Below, one piece after another: positions 33,549-46,900 of a stretch of 64,000 nucleotides of DNA (positions are counted from its first letter, which is position 1; each line of letters begins with the position of its first letter). A program made the position numbers and the translations under genes. The notes under the pieces were generated by a model that saw only the letters and a list, made by a program, of their open reading frames with translations, was not told the origin of the DNA and did not search any database. This stretch comes from Scleropages formosus (taxonomy: Eukaryota): assembly GCF_900964775.1 (NCBI RefSeq), contig NC_041813.1:31928960-31992959 (forward strand). The letters run 5' to 3'.

Positions 33549-34451
33549 GGCTGCCGGGGGCAGGAGGAGTAGCGGAGGGTCAATGCGGAGCGTGGAGGCC
33601 CAGTACCACCAGTGCACCTCGGGACGACTCGCAGAGGTGAAATTTAACTGCACCACACGAACACGGAGGGACTGCAATCGCCCAGTGGGCAGTACTGACC
33701 AGGGGCACAACGAGCGCAGCAAGACCACAGAAAGACCGTCGGCTCTTGTTTAACACTCGCAGGTGTGTCTCTCTCCTGGAACTGCTTTCTCGGCATCGTG
33801 TCTCATCTTTAACAGCAAGAGCCTCCGAGCACAAAGACATCTGTTCAATTTGCATTGGAGGAGTGTGGAAACACACATAGACACACACACACGCACGCAC
33901 AGCACACATGTCCAGCAGCAGCGCAGGAATGGCTGGTCCAGACTCAACGATGTCTGAATAAGAGACGGAGAGTCACACACAGCACTGCAGTGTGACGGTG
34001 GACTAATCTCTGAACACACACTCACGTGAATGTATTTGACACACAGCGACCAACAGCCAGTCGCTTCCGAAGATAAAGGAGTGCAAATCCGCCTCCTGCA
34101 AACTAGTTTTTCTACTGTAAGTTCTTTCACAACAGCTGCAGGTAAACACAGGGGCACACGGACACACACATACACACTCTACAAACAGGGCTGGGTCCAT
34201 GTGTCTCACACCCGTCACAGGCATCCAACCCTGTGAAGCGTTACAAACCAAACACTGTGTACACACACACACACAAAAATTTTCCATTTACAGCTACAAA
34301 CACTTATTTTATTTAATCAAAATTTTTTACTTTCTGCAGTAGCAAAAACCACATTTTGCTTTTATTCATTTAGCAGTAATACGTCACAAGCGGTGCTGGC
34401 TCCACTACGTTACAGTATTTCAGGGCACACACTTTGGTTCGTACAACGCAA

Positions 34452-34615
34452 ACAACTAGCACCATAGCGGTTAGAGTAACTGCCTTTGGACCCAAAGGTT
34501 GTGGGTTCAAGCCTTACCTCTGGCCAAGGACCCGTGAGCAAGGTACTAAATAATTATAACCTTAACATTGTAAGTTGCTTTGGAAAAAAGCATCAGCTAA
34601 ATGTACCACCCTGGC
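34452..34615 (+). mobile_element. SINE family 2 copy
   Basis: GCACCATAGCGGTTAGAGTAACTGCCTTTGGACCCAAAGG...GTTGCTTTGGAAAAAAGCATCAGCTAAATGTACC. Confidence 0.6.
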
Positions 34616-35429
34616 AGCATAAATAAAAACACATTCAGAGGCAGTGTGTGACAGCCAGAGCAGCATGGGACCAATGTGAGGACACAAAGGCAGGGACAGT
34701 GCATTGTTCCCTGTATCAACTCCACCAGTGGGATGTGTACACCAGGCTTTTGGTGTGGTGCTCCTCACACCACTGACAGCTCTCACACAACAGCAAACAC
34801 GCAGGCTGTTGTACGAATGGCTAATTTAATTAGGAGGTCATGTGGCCCATCTGGGCCCGCGGCCATGGCGGGGGGCAGTCAGTGCTGCGCTATCTGACGG
34901 AGTCCATCGACTCAGACGAAAGCAGAGTGGAGTAGCTGCTGGAAATCAATGAGCTACTGGGAGTGCCGCGATAAGGCCATGGACTCGCTCACTTTGAAAC
35001 AGAACCTGGCACAAAGTGCAGCTGAGACAGCAGATTGCTGTCCAAGAGTCCAAGAGCGGGACAGACAGAGGATCTGTCAAGCCCCGCCCCCCAAGAGCTC
35101 CGCTAAGCCCCGCCCCCAAGAGCTCGCTCAGCCACGCCCCCAGCAAAACCATTCAACCACACACTGAGCGCTGTGTCATCACGCAATTTTACCGTGAAAG
35201 GTATGCGGTGTCTCTGAGGAACCGTGTGTTGTTAAGCTGCACTGTTTAATGTTTCCTGTTCAGTTCGAGCACTCTGAACGAGAAAGTCGGAACCGCTCGC
35301 TCGCTCACACACACTGACGAAGTGCGCGTCCGAAGGAAGTTGCCAGAAAGACTAAGAGCAGCTCTTCAGGAAGTGCTCGGCTGCCCTAACCGATGAGGCA
35401 AAAAGCCACTTTTGCGCGCACACTCACAG

Positions 35430-35830
35430 CTCAATTTGAGACGTGAATTCATGAGAAGAAGAAGAGAAGTAAGAAGTGCCCGCGAGGAGCACTACCTGCC
35501 TGGGCTCGAGTTGTAGCGCGCGCTGCCGCCGCTGTCCGTCTCTAACTTCCGCCTGAGGAAAAGAGGAGCAGCTGGTTCGTGAGGAAAAGACTTTCCGCTG
35601 AGAAACGCCTCCTCCTCGGTCCCCACTCCCACTCCCGCTCCCACTGCCACTCCATCGGCGCCACAGCTCTAGATCCGGATCAGTTCTCCGCACATTCAGT
35701 TTCCTTAGGAAACCGATACTGCAGCGAAACGACACCGATCCGGGATCGGCTCACCGTAGCGGTGCGCTGACTGCCGTGACGTCATGGTCACGTCATCAAC
35801 CGGAACTAACCGAGAACCGCTCGTCAATCT
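35430..35830. promoter_or_regulatory. Orphan CpG-rich promoter-like element with a palindromic CRE (TGACGTCA at about 35776-35783, then a second CACGTCA) and ETS-like CCGGAA sites
   Basis: Lies between mvp and tlcd3b with no coding gene assignable. It continues into a CpG island covering about 36.4-37.8 kb. Confidence 0.35.
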
Positions 35831-38448
35831 CTTCAGTTTGCTTTATATTTGGATGAAATGTACCACGTTAACGCAGATCCGTGGTTTAAAGAGTGCCCTT
35901 ACTTTCAGTGCTAAGTAGGGCGTGTTTAATGTCGACGAAGTGCTCAGACACGGTGCCAGTTCCCCCACACACGTTTATTCATGTCGCTGATACTTGTGAA
36001 GTTGTGTCTAGACCAAACTGCCTTTGCCGAAGGGAGCTATAATAAAGTTATAAGTCCCCACATTCACAGTGAGTGAGGTAACTGGGACCCATTTACGTTG
36101 CGTACGTTGGTCGACAGGAGGTGGGATTCAAGCCTGCAAGCTTCCTGGCCAAAGGCAGCGGCTCAGAAGGGGAGCGTGCGAATGAGAGCGACACAAAGCA
36201 GCGCAGCACCGCGTTTCTGAAAAATCATGAGCTGTGAGCTGCCCCAGGTGTACGGCGTTCCGACATTCTCTTACGTAAAGTCCCATTCGTCATCAGGAAC
36301 GCGTTGAATAAATAAGCGGTGCGGGAGGGGGCCTCCTCTCCTGGGTCAGCGGTGCTGAGGCCTCCGGCTTCGTCGTCTCAAATATTAATAATTCCCTTTG
36401 CTTAACAGCCTAAATAAGGAAAACAGCCAAAAAGAAATCGGTGCGCAATACAGCTGAGCCCTCGCATAATGACCAGAACAAGTGCGAGGCCTTTCTCTGT
36501 GCTCCCCCCGCGGTCAGTGTGCGGGCCTCTGTGCTCGAGCGCTGCCGCATTGCCCCGTGGGAACTAACTCTCCTAGCGGCGTGCCTCGTGCGTGCAGAAG
36601 GAGCGCTCAGCACCGACGCGCACTTCTGTCCGTTACGCCGGAGCGCGTCGTTGCTCACTTGGTCATTGCTGTCAGAGACGGGGCAGCACAGGGGGTCGCC
36701 GCGTCGGCCCACCGGCACCTCTCGCTTCGGCTTACTTACGGTTGAGCTCCTTTCAGAAGGGCCCCTGCGCTCGGGTTCGAGCTACCAACAACATCCGCAT
36801 TAAATATTGACCACCTTGGCAGATGCAGAGAAAACATTTTGGTGGGGTAGCCGCAGTGAGATTGCATGCAGTGTGTATTTGCACATTGTGCAGTGTGTGT
36901 GTGCGCGAGCACAGCTGGGACCTCCGCAAGGGCAGGACACTGGACAGGAGCTGGGTTCTGCTGGCCTGCAGCACAACGGAACCCATCGGGGGCTATGTGG
37001 ACGGCACCAGTGGCCTACTGTGTGCGTGTGTGTGTTCGTGTGTCCAAAACGCTCCGAACGGGGCTCCTGCACCGAATAATGAGTTCACACAAGCAAGGAA
37101 AGAGAGGGCATCCGAGTATATTTTAGCCAAGAGAATATGATACGGTACAGCCTTTAGATAGCAGTCAACAGGGACAGAAGCCAAAACAGTATATATATCA
37201 TTTATATATGTATAAATATGTACATTCTAAACCTCGAAAATAAATAGATAAATAACAAAAGAAAAGAGGTTATGGAAGATAACAGTACGCTTGTTTAAAT
37301 ACTTTTAATGACAACTGCCGGTACCATAGCATGTGCTAGAAGTGGGAAGATTTCTTCCCCTCAAATGAAAGGTACAATGCTCTCGTTGCTATCGTGCAGG
37401 AGTTACAATGTCAGTGGAGCGGGTACCGTGCGGCGGAGAGGGGCACGCGGCAGCACGTCGCTCCGCTCTCCTCGCTCGAGTCCCACAGAGCACGTGTCCG
37501 TCGACACGCCAGTGTTTCCCGCGGTACGGTATCGGAAGTACCGCTGCAGGCGTGTGGCCGCGAACGTGCTGCTGGACCGAGACACCGGGACCCCCGGACC
37601 CCGGAGACGCGGAACCGGGTAGGACACTTCCACACGGAAACAGGCCGGGAATCCAAGGGCCCGGACGGAGGGCGCGTGCTTGTCGAGTGAGTCGCTGCTG
37701 GACACACTCCGGCCTTTAAAGTATCTCGGTAGTTCTTGACCGTGCCGCCAGGCACTCGTGTCCGCACATTACGTACCGCACCTATTCACATCTCCTAAGC
37801 TACATAATACTGCGTCACGGCAGGGCGTGCGTGTCCCGACACTGGAGAGAAAAGGGGCGAAACACTCGCAACCACACCTGCGGTCGGCCGTCTGCCCCGT
37901 AGCTCATGCACGTCTAAGGAAGGAAGCCTAGTGGACATGCGCGGGGTGCTGGGAAGGACGGCGCTGGGTCTCGTGTGTCATTCTGCCTTATTTGTGGCAT
38001 CCTGCGATGCCCTCTGCTCCCTCCCGCTCCCCCCGCACCCCCGCCACCGACGCACGCTAGCAGAAAACATCTGCGTCTAAAATTAAAAGAGACGACCTGT
38101 ACTAAGAAAACGGAAATCACAGCTCATGAATAAATAAAAACAAATAAATACACTATGTCTACACTAAATGAGGTAATAAATTGTATCATTACATAAATGA
38201 GAACTAACACATGACTGACACTATTAAATAAAAGTACTTTTTGCTATTTACACTGGTCACACTGCGGCTCTGGAGAAACACTCCGTTGCCGTCCCCCATG
38301 CCTGTCTCTGTCCCTCTTCTGTTCCCAGTCCCTGTCCCCGCCAATCACTGTCCCTGCTGGAGGTGCACAAGGAGCACAGGTGAGGAGGCATAAGGCAGCA
38401 TGACACAGTCCCAGGAAAACGCGGGCATCTTTTTCCTGAAGCAAACTC

Positions 38449-38488
<40 letters not shown>

Positions 38489-39209
38489 CGTGTGTGTGTG
38501 CGCGTGTGCGAGTGAGTGCACACGATACTCCTACAGCGCTACGGAGTCAGTGAAAGTCGCCACTCTGGAGTAAGAGCGCCAACAGCAGATCGACATCATG
38601 TCAAAAACAGCATGTTTTTCCTCTTCCTCTTCACTAACCCCGTACAGTATGGTACATTCTCACTCAGCGCTGCGCCACCTGTAACGGGGCCCAGTGAGAA
38701 GCTCTGCTCCTTTTGCCTGCACCACATCAGTGTGATCCCTCCAAGTGGCCCATGTCTCTCCGTCACTCGAAGGACGGGTTCCTTCCTGGTGGGAGGCGCC
38801 CTCATCCTGCGCATCTCGTCTCGCGTCGGCGCTCGCCCGCTCTAAAGCCGTGCGATGGGTCAGCGCTCAGCCGCCCAGAACCCCCGACAACCCCTCCCCC
38901 GAAACCCAGTCTCACGTGGTCTATCGTAACGGGCTGGTGAGAGACAGAGAGGAATCCAGCCCATCCCACGGTTCCCAAAGTTCAGCACATCTGCACGTCT
39001 CGTTTGTGGCGAGCTGAGAAACCGTCCTCCGCTGGTTCGGTATCAACTCAAAATAAATAAACATAAATAAACATAAATAAACAGACAAATGAACCAATAA
39101 ATAAGATGAATTAAAAACAGTTTGGTACATTCCCCTGACTTCCTGTAGGTTCCTCCACAAACATCCAACCCCATCCCCCCAACCGCACCCCATCCCACCC
39201 ATCCCCCCC

Positions 39210-39468
39210 TCAGTGTGTGTCCGTCTCTCTCTCCGATTCGCGGGGGCTGTAGCCGTTGGCGGGCGGGGACAGCGGGGCGTGGCCGGCGGACCCGGCTTTG
39301 ACGGCGGGGGGTGCGGCGCGGCTCCGCGAGGATCCGGCGAAGAGGCGGAAGGCCCCGCGACAGATGAGGGAGAACCAGTAGACCTGGGGGGCCATGAGGA
39401 GGGCGGCGCCCAGGTTGCACTGCCAGGGCACTGAGAATGGCACCATGTAGAGCGGGATGGAGGCGTAC
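39210..39468 (-). CDS. tlcd3b: tlcd3b exon 6 ((R)YASIPLYMVPFSVPWQCNLGAALLMAPQVYWFSLICRGAFRLFAGSSRSRAAPPAVKAGSAGHAPLSPPANGYSPRESERETDTH*)
   Basis: ORF 39210..39497. Acceptor tgttgcag|G. Matches the human FAM57B C-terminus ...AHVNLGAALLLAPQLYWFFLICRGACRLF. Confidence 0.8.
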
Positions 39469-39692
39469 CTGCAACACACGCAAAACACACCTCGCACACA
39501 CGTGGGCCGAGATTCAACCTCGCATGAGCGCCGACGTACGGAGCAGAGCTCGTAGGTGCGCGCGCGTGTGTGTGTGTGAGCATGCTGAACTGCTGACGTG
39601 CAGAATTAAGTACAGTGCATTAGGGAAGTTCTGCAGCGTGCGATCAATGGGTCTCAGCAGGCCCAGTGCGGTGGGGGTGGAGCCTGCCCTCA

Positions 39693-40055
<363 letters not shown>

Positions 40056-40653
40056 TCAGAAACTGGGGATCGGGGCACAAGGAAGGCTGCTCATCATTAG
40101 TGGTGATTAACAGGAGGCGGAAACAGGACCAGAGTGTGAGAGCGCTGTGTCGGTGACAGGAAGTGTGATGGAGCTCCAACGACACCCAGATGTCAAGAAG
40201 AAAGGAAGCGACACTTAATAGACAATGACAGTGACAAATAGAAAGTGACACATTCCAGCTCCTGTTTTTAAAACACTGCTCTGTGCGTGTGTATGTGCGT
40301 GTGGCACAGAGAGGGCCACTCGTACCCAGAGCCCGGTAGCTCAGACTCACCCGAGGAACAGCCGCTCGCGTGCGGGTAAGAGGACGAGCGAAAGCCGAGA
40401 GCCGAGCGAGAACGACCCCCCCGCCCCAAAGCACAGCGTAACACAAGTGAGCTTCGGCCCGGGTGGGAGGGGGGTGGGGGGTAGCAGAGGGTCCCCAGGG
40501 AGCAGGGCTCCGCGACAGAGCGTTTACCGAGCTGTGACGCACCTGGGCAAACATGGTGTGCCCTTCTGAAGGCACGCAAGCACACAGACAGGTGTATGCG
40601 CGCACACACACTGGGGTGAACACGTGTTTACCGTGAGCAGAGTCAGTGATTAC

Positions 40654-40749
40654 CTGGATGAGGATTTTTCCCAGGCAGACGGATGGAGTGCTGACTTCCG
40701 CCAGAAACATGACGCCCTGAAAGTAGTCGCCCCTCCCCTGCCGCCAGAA
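40654..40749 (-). CDS. tlcd3b: tlcd3b exon 4 ([32 protein letters not shown])
   Basis: ORF 39967..40710 extended. Acceptor ccccccag|TTC and donor CAG|gtaatc. Matches human [32 protein letters not shown]. Confidence 0.8.
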
Positions 40750-41367
40750 CTGGGGGGAGAGGAGAGCGCAGTATTAGGACACACATAGACACATGCAGAC
40801 ACACAGAGACACACACACACACACACAGGGTACGAGGTACAAACACTGTATGGTGAGCAAAGGCCTGACTCCTGGAAAATGCCGTCTGTCCGCTACACGT
40901 GCCTTTCCCCTCCAGCTGGGGTGGGGGACGGGGACGGGGACGGGGACTGGGGGGGGTCAAAGGCCCTGTCCTAAGAGCAGCGAAATGTGGGAATCTGGGA
41001 ATCACCAACCCTCTACTGTCTCTTCTCCATTTCTCCTCCTCCTCTCAATCCACATCAACACATGGAAACTGAGGAGATGCTGAAGCTGTGTTGCTAAGCA
41101 GCTCCTAACAGCGGCTGTTTCCATGGAGACGGGGAAGCAGGTGGTGGAAAAGCATTCCGCGACACGGCAGAAGGGGCAGCTGAAGGCCTTGTGGTGACGG
41201 CCGCTCGTGTAGGAGCCTGGGGGAGCCGCAGAGTGTGCGTTCGGTCGCCTAAAAAGTGACCAGCACCACCCCCACAACGTGACCCCCCCTCATTCCGACA
41301 GTCCACACACAGCTCTGTTAACCGACTCGTTTCAAGTGAACTCGTAAAACGCCATGGCGACAGTTAC

Positions 41368-41590
41368 CACAGAGACAGGGAAGCAGACGGTGACCATGAC
41401 AACGTGGTGCAGCACCATGAGGAACTCCCGGCGCAGGTAGCTGGTGAAGGCCACGCTCAGCGCCCTGGGGTTCGACTTGTCCTCGTGACCTTTGACCTGC
41501 AGCTTGTACCAGTAGCACATGAACATGGCGTAGATGTCGTAGACGAAGTACGGCACGGCGAAGAGGATGTAGGAGCTCGTGAGCCAGTGT
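41368..41590 (-). CDS. tlcd3b: tlcd3b exon 3 ((Q)HWLTSSYILFAVPYFVYDIYAMFMCYWYKLQVKGHEDKSNPRALSVAFTSYLRREFLMVLHHVVMVTVCFPVSV), TLC-domain core
   Basis: ORF 41332..42114. Acceptor ctgcag|A and donor GTG|gtaact. Near-identical to human QHWLSSAYTQFAVPYFIYDIYAMFLCHWHKHQVKGH. Confidence 0.85.
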
Positions 41591-42215
41591 CTGCAGGAGG
41601 GAGAGAGAGGGAGGAGAGCAGGTGATGGTCCGGGTCCCACGTGGATGCGGCAGAGATGTGAGACACGCCGTCTCACGCGAGGACTCCCTCTGCGCGGGGG
41701 GTGTGTCGAGCACGTGCCGCGGCACCCTGGGACCGCGTGTGTCAACCATCCCCGGGGGAATGAATTGGCCTGCAGTTGTGCGAAACGCTCCCCAACGCAC
41801 AGCCCATGCCGGCTGCACGCACACACACACGCACACACACACGCACACACACATCCTGCCCTTGGACCCTTTTCGGGTGCAGCACAGTGTCCGGGTTCGA
41901 GTGTTTGCTTCCACAGCATCCTTAGAGCGACCGAGGAGTTCCCACAATGAATCCTTCGGAGGACTTTCCTGTGCTTCCTGCTAACACACTTCTGTCCACA
42001 TGTCTCGTCGTCACCGTGACAGAAACCCTGGCATCCTGTTGGGTGTGTGTGTGTGTGTGTGTTCAGGTCTCCATTTCCAAAGTGAAACGCGAAGCAGAGA
42101 ACCCCGAAGGTCATCGCTCCTCATGGGACACCTGCAAGGTTTCCACACCTATTTTGAGCTCTTCCTGCTAGGACTGAACGGCTGACCCTGCACCTTGGCG
42201 TGAGCCCTGGGACGA

Positions 42216-42260
<45 letters not shown>

Positions 42261-42530
42261 TCCCGCTCCCCCTCCACATGCCCTCTTAGGAACTGTGACA
42301 ACACTTCCTGGATTTCCTGGATAGAAACTAATTAGGTTGAGATTTTAATTAGATTAACAAGGACGCGAGGTGAGCAAAGTGAGAAGACGGTGTCCTTTCA
42401 TACAGGACACACACACACACACACACACAACAATCCAGCCTAAATCACATGGCCACATTCTGCTGCAGTATAACAGGAACATGTGAGTGTTTCATGAAAG
42501 TGAACCTTTCTGCATAGAAGGAAGCAAGGA

Positions 42531-42600
42531 CTGACTGACTGACTGATTGACTGACTGATTGACTGATGGACAGACTGACACACAAACTGATGGACGGACT
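42531..42600. repeat. (CTGA)n / (GACTGA)n tetranucleotide minisatellite
   Basis: ctgactgactgactgattgactgactgattgactgatgg... in tlcd3b intron 2. Confidence 0.85.
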
Positions 42601-43356
42601 GACTCGCTGACCGACAGACGGACGGACCGACAGATGGGCCGTGACGCTCTAAACTGCTCGATCAACACAAACAGCCGAGTCCCTCTTCACCAGGCTCGGT
42701 GTGTGTCAGCGCTGGGACCTCCCTAGTGGCACATGGCCCCTTGCTGAGGGAATCTGGCTGTCCAACTGTCCCCTGGGGGAGGGGGGGTGACTGCGGTTCC
42801 CTGTCTCTGCCTACATCTCTACAGCCACACATGTGCTCTGCTTAGAGTGAGAGGCATAAAAACTCTCAAGGGTCCAGAATTGAAAGCCTGGATGTTCTCA
42901 CTTTTCCCCCTAATATTGCATAACAAGCTCCCCGTGTCCCTCAGCTGAGCCCCTCCCACACTGGAGAAGGGTCTCAAACCGACATCTTTGAGGGTCACTT
43001 CTCTCCTGATCTCCTGAAAGCTCCATGAATGAGTCCAGCACCCTCTGCTACGATTATCTAGGGTTTTGCTATTTCAATGACACCCCTATAGGAGCTACTG
43101 GAGGGATGTGAACCAGCAACGTGGTGGTGTGAGACATACAAGCTGTGTGTCCACAGTCCTGTGACTGAGTGTAAAGCTCTTCGTCTGCGGCTGACGGCCT
43201 TCTCTTTACACTGAGCAAAAGAGTGTCTGTTCGCGGAATAAATGGAAATGTAACGAAAGGGGAAATAAAGGGGTAAAATGCAAAAACACCTGGTCTGCAC
43301 ACAGCGACATCGGACACGTCCATAACGGGTCTCGATCCTTCCTCCCCTCCACTTAC

Positions 43357-43440
43357 TGGTCCTCAATGATGTCCTCACAGGAGGTGGCGATGATGTACCC
43401 GGCCGTAGAGGCCATGATGGCCTGGATGGACGAGACGAGC
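43357..43440 (-). CDS. tlcd3b: tlcd3b exon 2 ((R)LVSSIQAIMASTAGYIIATSCEDIIED(Q))
   Basis: Acceptor ctctcag|G and donor CCA|gtaagt, anchored through ORF 43058..43657 (+1 frame). Matches human LVSSVQAIMASTAGYIVSTSCKHIIDDQ. Confidence 0.75.
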
Positions 43441-43661
43441 CTGAGAGGGCGAGAGACAGAGAAGCACGAGTTAGCAGAACTGTAAGTCCGAGAGCTTCGA
43501 CCTTTGACCTCTGAACGCACTGAACCAATACAGATCCAACGTACGATGGGAGGGGAAAAACTGGAACGTGGTGAAGAATCATTTCACTCTTCAGGGCTGA
43601 CAGAAGGTCCACCTCCCTTCCTTCCCCTGCTCTGCTTTTGCTAGGCAGCGATCCCACTCAC

Positions 43662-43786
43662 CTGGCGGACACGATAACGGCGTCACCTTCGCTCCATCTC
43701 AGTCCGGGCGCGTGTTTCAGGCACCGCTTGGACAGCAGGAAGAGGCCCGGGAAGAAGATGGATCCGGCGACCAGAATCGTCAGCAT
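43662..43786 (-). CDS. tlcd3b: tlcd3b exon 1 (MLTILVAGSIFFPGLFLLSKRCLKHAPGLRWSEGDAVIVSA(R))
   Basis: ORF 43658..43909. ATG at 43786. Donor CCAG|gtgagt. Matches human MLTPMVAGGVVFPGLFLLSKNTLQRLPQLRWEEADAVIVSAR. The six exons total 897 nt. Confidence 0.8.
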
Positions 43787-43789
43787 GGT

Positions 43790-44154
43790 CCCTCGGGTTG
43801 GGTCTCGGCAGCGAAGAGGAGGAGCGGCGCGGCGGAGCCACGCTATAGAGCCGTCCCGCCCCGGCCCGAGCGGCGCAGAGCCCTGCGCTCGTCTCCTCCT
43901 CCGAGCCACCGAAGCTGCCTCGAGGGTGTGGGACTGGAACCCCCCGAGAACTGCCGCGCCTTCCTCAAATGACGAGACGACAGGCGGAAGGAGCGACGGG
44001 CCTATTGACGGACCGTCGGCATCGTCCTTCAGAGGGAGTCCAGCCGTCCTGGCGCGTCTCTAAATTACAGTGCTCTTGCACTGCGAGTCCACAGCGGAGG
44101 ACACATTGTTGCACACGGCCGTGTGGCTTCAAGCGCGCCGTCTATTTGCCCGAA

Positions 44155-44219
<65 letters not shown>

Positions 44220-46700
44220 GGAAGGGCGAGCGAGCCGTGCGTCCCTGGTGACCCTCCCACCCCCCACCCCGGCTCAGGAGCTCGTAATCCTGGCGATGAT
44301 GTCCAAGAGCCTCGGTCTGCAGGATCTGCGGGAGACGGACAGGAGGAGAGAAGAGGAAGCGGAGGGTGAGACACATAGACTACACAGCCACCCCCCCGGG
44401 ACCCCAGGTCTCCTGGAATTTGGGAAGCTCTCGACGAAGGCGGCCCCCCGCGGCGTTCGGACGCTCCCCGAGACTCCGTCCCGCTCTGTCCGCGGGAAGC
44501 CCTGCTGTCCAGCCGCTGGATTTGTGTGGGATTAGAGCGCCAGAGATTTCGGGAGATTACAGAGGGATGTCGGGAGCGCGCCGCACCGCACCGCCACGGA
44601 CACAAAGTACAGGAGAGGACGAGCGGGAGCGCGCACGGCACGGCGACGGGTCGACAGCGAAGGGGTCCCGTTTCTAAGGGCGACACGGGCGTGCGAGCGT
44701 GTTGGCGAGGGGCGCGTGACCCGTCATAGGCCCACAGGTAGCTACAGTGACTGGAAATTTCTCTGGAAACATCAAACGTGTGCTATGTGTCATTGATAAA
44801 ATCCTACAAATCATGGAGTATCAATATTCGCGTGAATGTGCTGCTGTGCCTGTAGCCCAGCTGACACACACACACGCGCACACAGGCACACGCAGGCGGG
44901 CGCGCGCATGAAAGGACGGACAATAGAGACTGTATATAATATTCATAGTGCGCCGTTCACGCCGCGGTCAATGAGCGCGCGGCGGCCCGGTTCTGACCCG
45001 GTTCTGACCCGCTTCCGGGGCTCCGCCGGGGGAAAATGCGCAGTGCGCTGCCCCGCTGGCGGCGAACAACGGAGAGGGAGACGGAGCGGAGCGCGAGCCG
45101 GAGTCTCCGTCCGTCCGTCCGTCCGTCCGTCGAGTGAGAATCGTCATGACATGATCATCATCAGCCCCAAATTATAACCCAGGCATGGCATGGTCATCAC
45201 GGGCGAGCGCGCGCGCCCGTATTAATTAATATATATGGACACATCATGATCATGATATTACTAGTCAGTGACAGAGAGAGAGGCTGCACACCGAAGAGCG
45301 CGGGGCTCGTGCGCCTCCGCTGCCCGGGATTTCCTCCATTGTGACGATGACGATGATGACAACGCTGCTCGCGGCGATGATGCTGATGCTGCTCATGATG
45401 CTGGCGGTGTGATGAAGCCTGCTGGTGTCGACAGGACGGAGACAATGGACGCGGGTCCGGCGCTGCGCTATCATGTATGTGTCACCATGAGCCTGGGCCG
45501 CCAGCACCGCGAACGCGCACAAACACACGCACACCACCCCGTCCCCAGCGCTCTGCCGCGGTTCCGTTAATCGGGCTGCCGGCTCGCCCCCCTCGAGCCG
45601 CGTGGACGCGCAAATCCACACCGCACTGGCCGGGGGTTCGCCGTAGCCGTCCGCGGCCCGGCTCCCAGAGCGCGCTTCCGGAGGGGCATCGCGCCCCCCG
45701 GGATACGATGCACGTGTCTTATGACCGTCAGCATCGTTCTCGTGTCGCTCATCAGCGCTGTTGTCGCTCGCCTCTTATTATCGTTGCGGTTACCTTTGTT
45801 TGGGATCGACGCCTCCTGGTGCGCGCGCGCGCGCGCGGGCTGCTTCGCTCCTGCGCGTCCGCGATGCGCCTCTGTAGCACGGCGGTCCTCGCGCTGCTGC
45901 CTCCTCTCCCCTCCTCTCCTCTCCTCTCCTCTCCTCTCCCCTCCCCTCCCTTCTCTTCCTTTCCCTCCCCTGCCCTGCTGCCCCCCGGTCGGTCGTCCGT
46001 CGCGTGCTTATTCTGCGCTCAGGCTGCCGCCATCACCCCCCGCGGTGCGCGTGGCCCGGACTCCGCAGCCCTCCGCGGACACACTCATCTCAGCTGGCCG
46101 CCGACGGAGACATCTGCATAATCCCCCCCGCAGCCCGCCGTCGTGTGTGGAGCCGCTCGTGTGCGCGAGAACGAATGAATGACAGCAGCGGGTCCCGGCG
46201 CCTATCTCCGCCCCCCCCCGAGCGACAACACCGCCCCGCTCGCAAGTGAGGCGAGAGGCGGGGGGTGCGGGGGGTGCGGACGGAGGGAGGAGGGAAGAAA
46301 GAGGCGGGGAGACCGGAGGAACCGAGGGAGGGGGGGATAGCTGTCAGATTTGGCGCGAGCAGCGGGACCTTCAATGACACACATGATCTGCGCGCTTCTC
46401 CACATGTGATGTCACTCCTGGCCGCCGGTTCCTTTTCCCGGCTCCGCGCCAGAGCCGATCCAGAGAGCCTGAGCGGGAACGAGCGCCGCGTCCGTGGCCT
46501 CGTGGCCGAACGGCTTTTCCTCTCAACTGGACCGTTCGGGACTGGAACGCGTGGCCGCGCCGCGCCGCGCCACCCGAGTCATTCACACGCTTCTGTACCG
46601 GACGTGCACGTGGTGGACGCCGAATATAAAAAAAGACGCTTATGTTATTAAATGCCCCCAGCTTAGCGCCGCCTTACCCACATTTTCGGTCTCACTGTTA
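43790..46700. promoter_or_regulatory. Large CpG island upstream of tlcd3b (its 5'UTR/promoter). It includes a (GT)29 run at 44160-44217, a (GCGC)n run at about 45826-45840 and a polypyrimidine (CCTCT)n mirror tract at 45895-45990
   Basis: Very high GC and CpG density. The ORFs inside it (for example 45477..46121, Pro/Arg-rich) look like composition artefacts. Confidence 0.5.
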
Positions 46701-46794
46701 TCTTATAAATTGGATTTATTTCGCGGTCAAAACTGCGCCGGCCCTCCTAGCAACCAGCCCCTGACAGGCTGCGCGTGACAGCCGCCGTGCACCG

Positions 46795-46900
46795 CTTTTT
46801 CCGATTGGCTTTCGCCATGGCTTTCAGAGGAGCCGTCCAATCAGAAGTGAACATGGGGTGACCTGATGTAGGTGGCCCTTCGGTGATTGGCTAACCGTGG
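46795..46900. promoter_or_regulatory. Cluster of three CCAAT/ATTGG boxes (NF-Y-type) within about 80 bp: ccgATTGGct, gtCCAATcag, gtgATTGGct
   Basis: Read directly from the sequence. It is about 3 kb from the tlcd3b ATG. A possible non-coding first exon with donor gagcag|gtacgtgc follows at about 46985. Confidence 0.4.

Noticed and set aside
38921-39583. 220-aa minus-strand ORF (MLTHTHARAPTSS...) overlapping tlcd3b exon 6
   Set aside because: Wrong frame relative to the homology-supported tlcd3b terminal exon. It runs through the 3'UTR and (GT)n. Pro/Ser-rich composition artefact.
44129-46405. Multiple 100-214-aa ORFs on both strands inside the 44-46.5 kb CpG island (for example 45477..46121 Pro/Arg-rich, 45197..45445 His-rich, 44129..44686)
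   Set aside because: Extreme GC content keeps frames open. There is no homology and the peptides are low-complexity. Consistent with the promoter/5'UTR island of tlcd3b.
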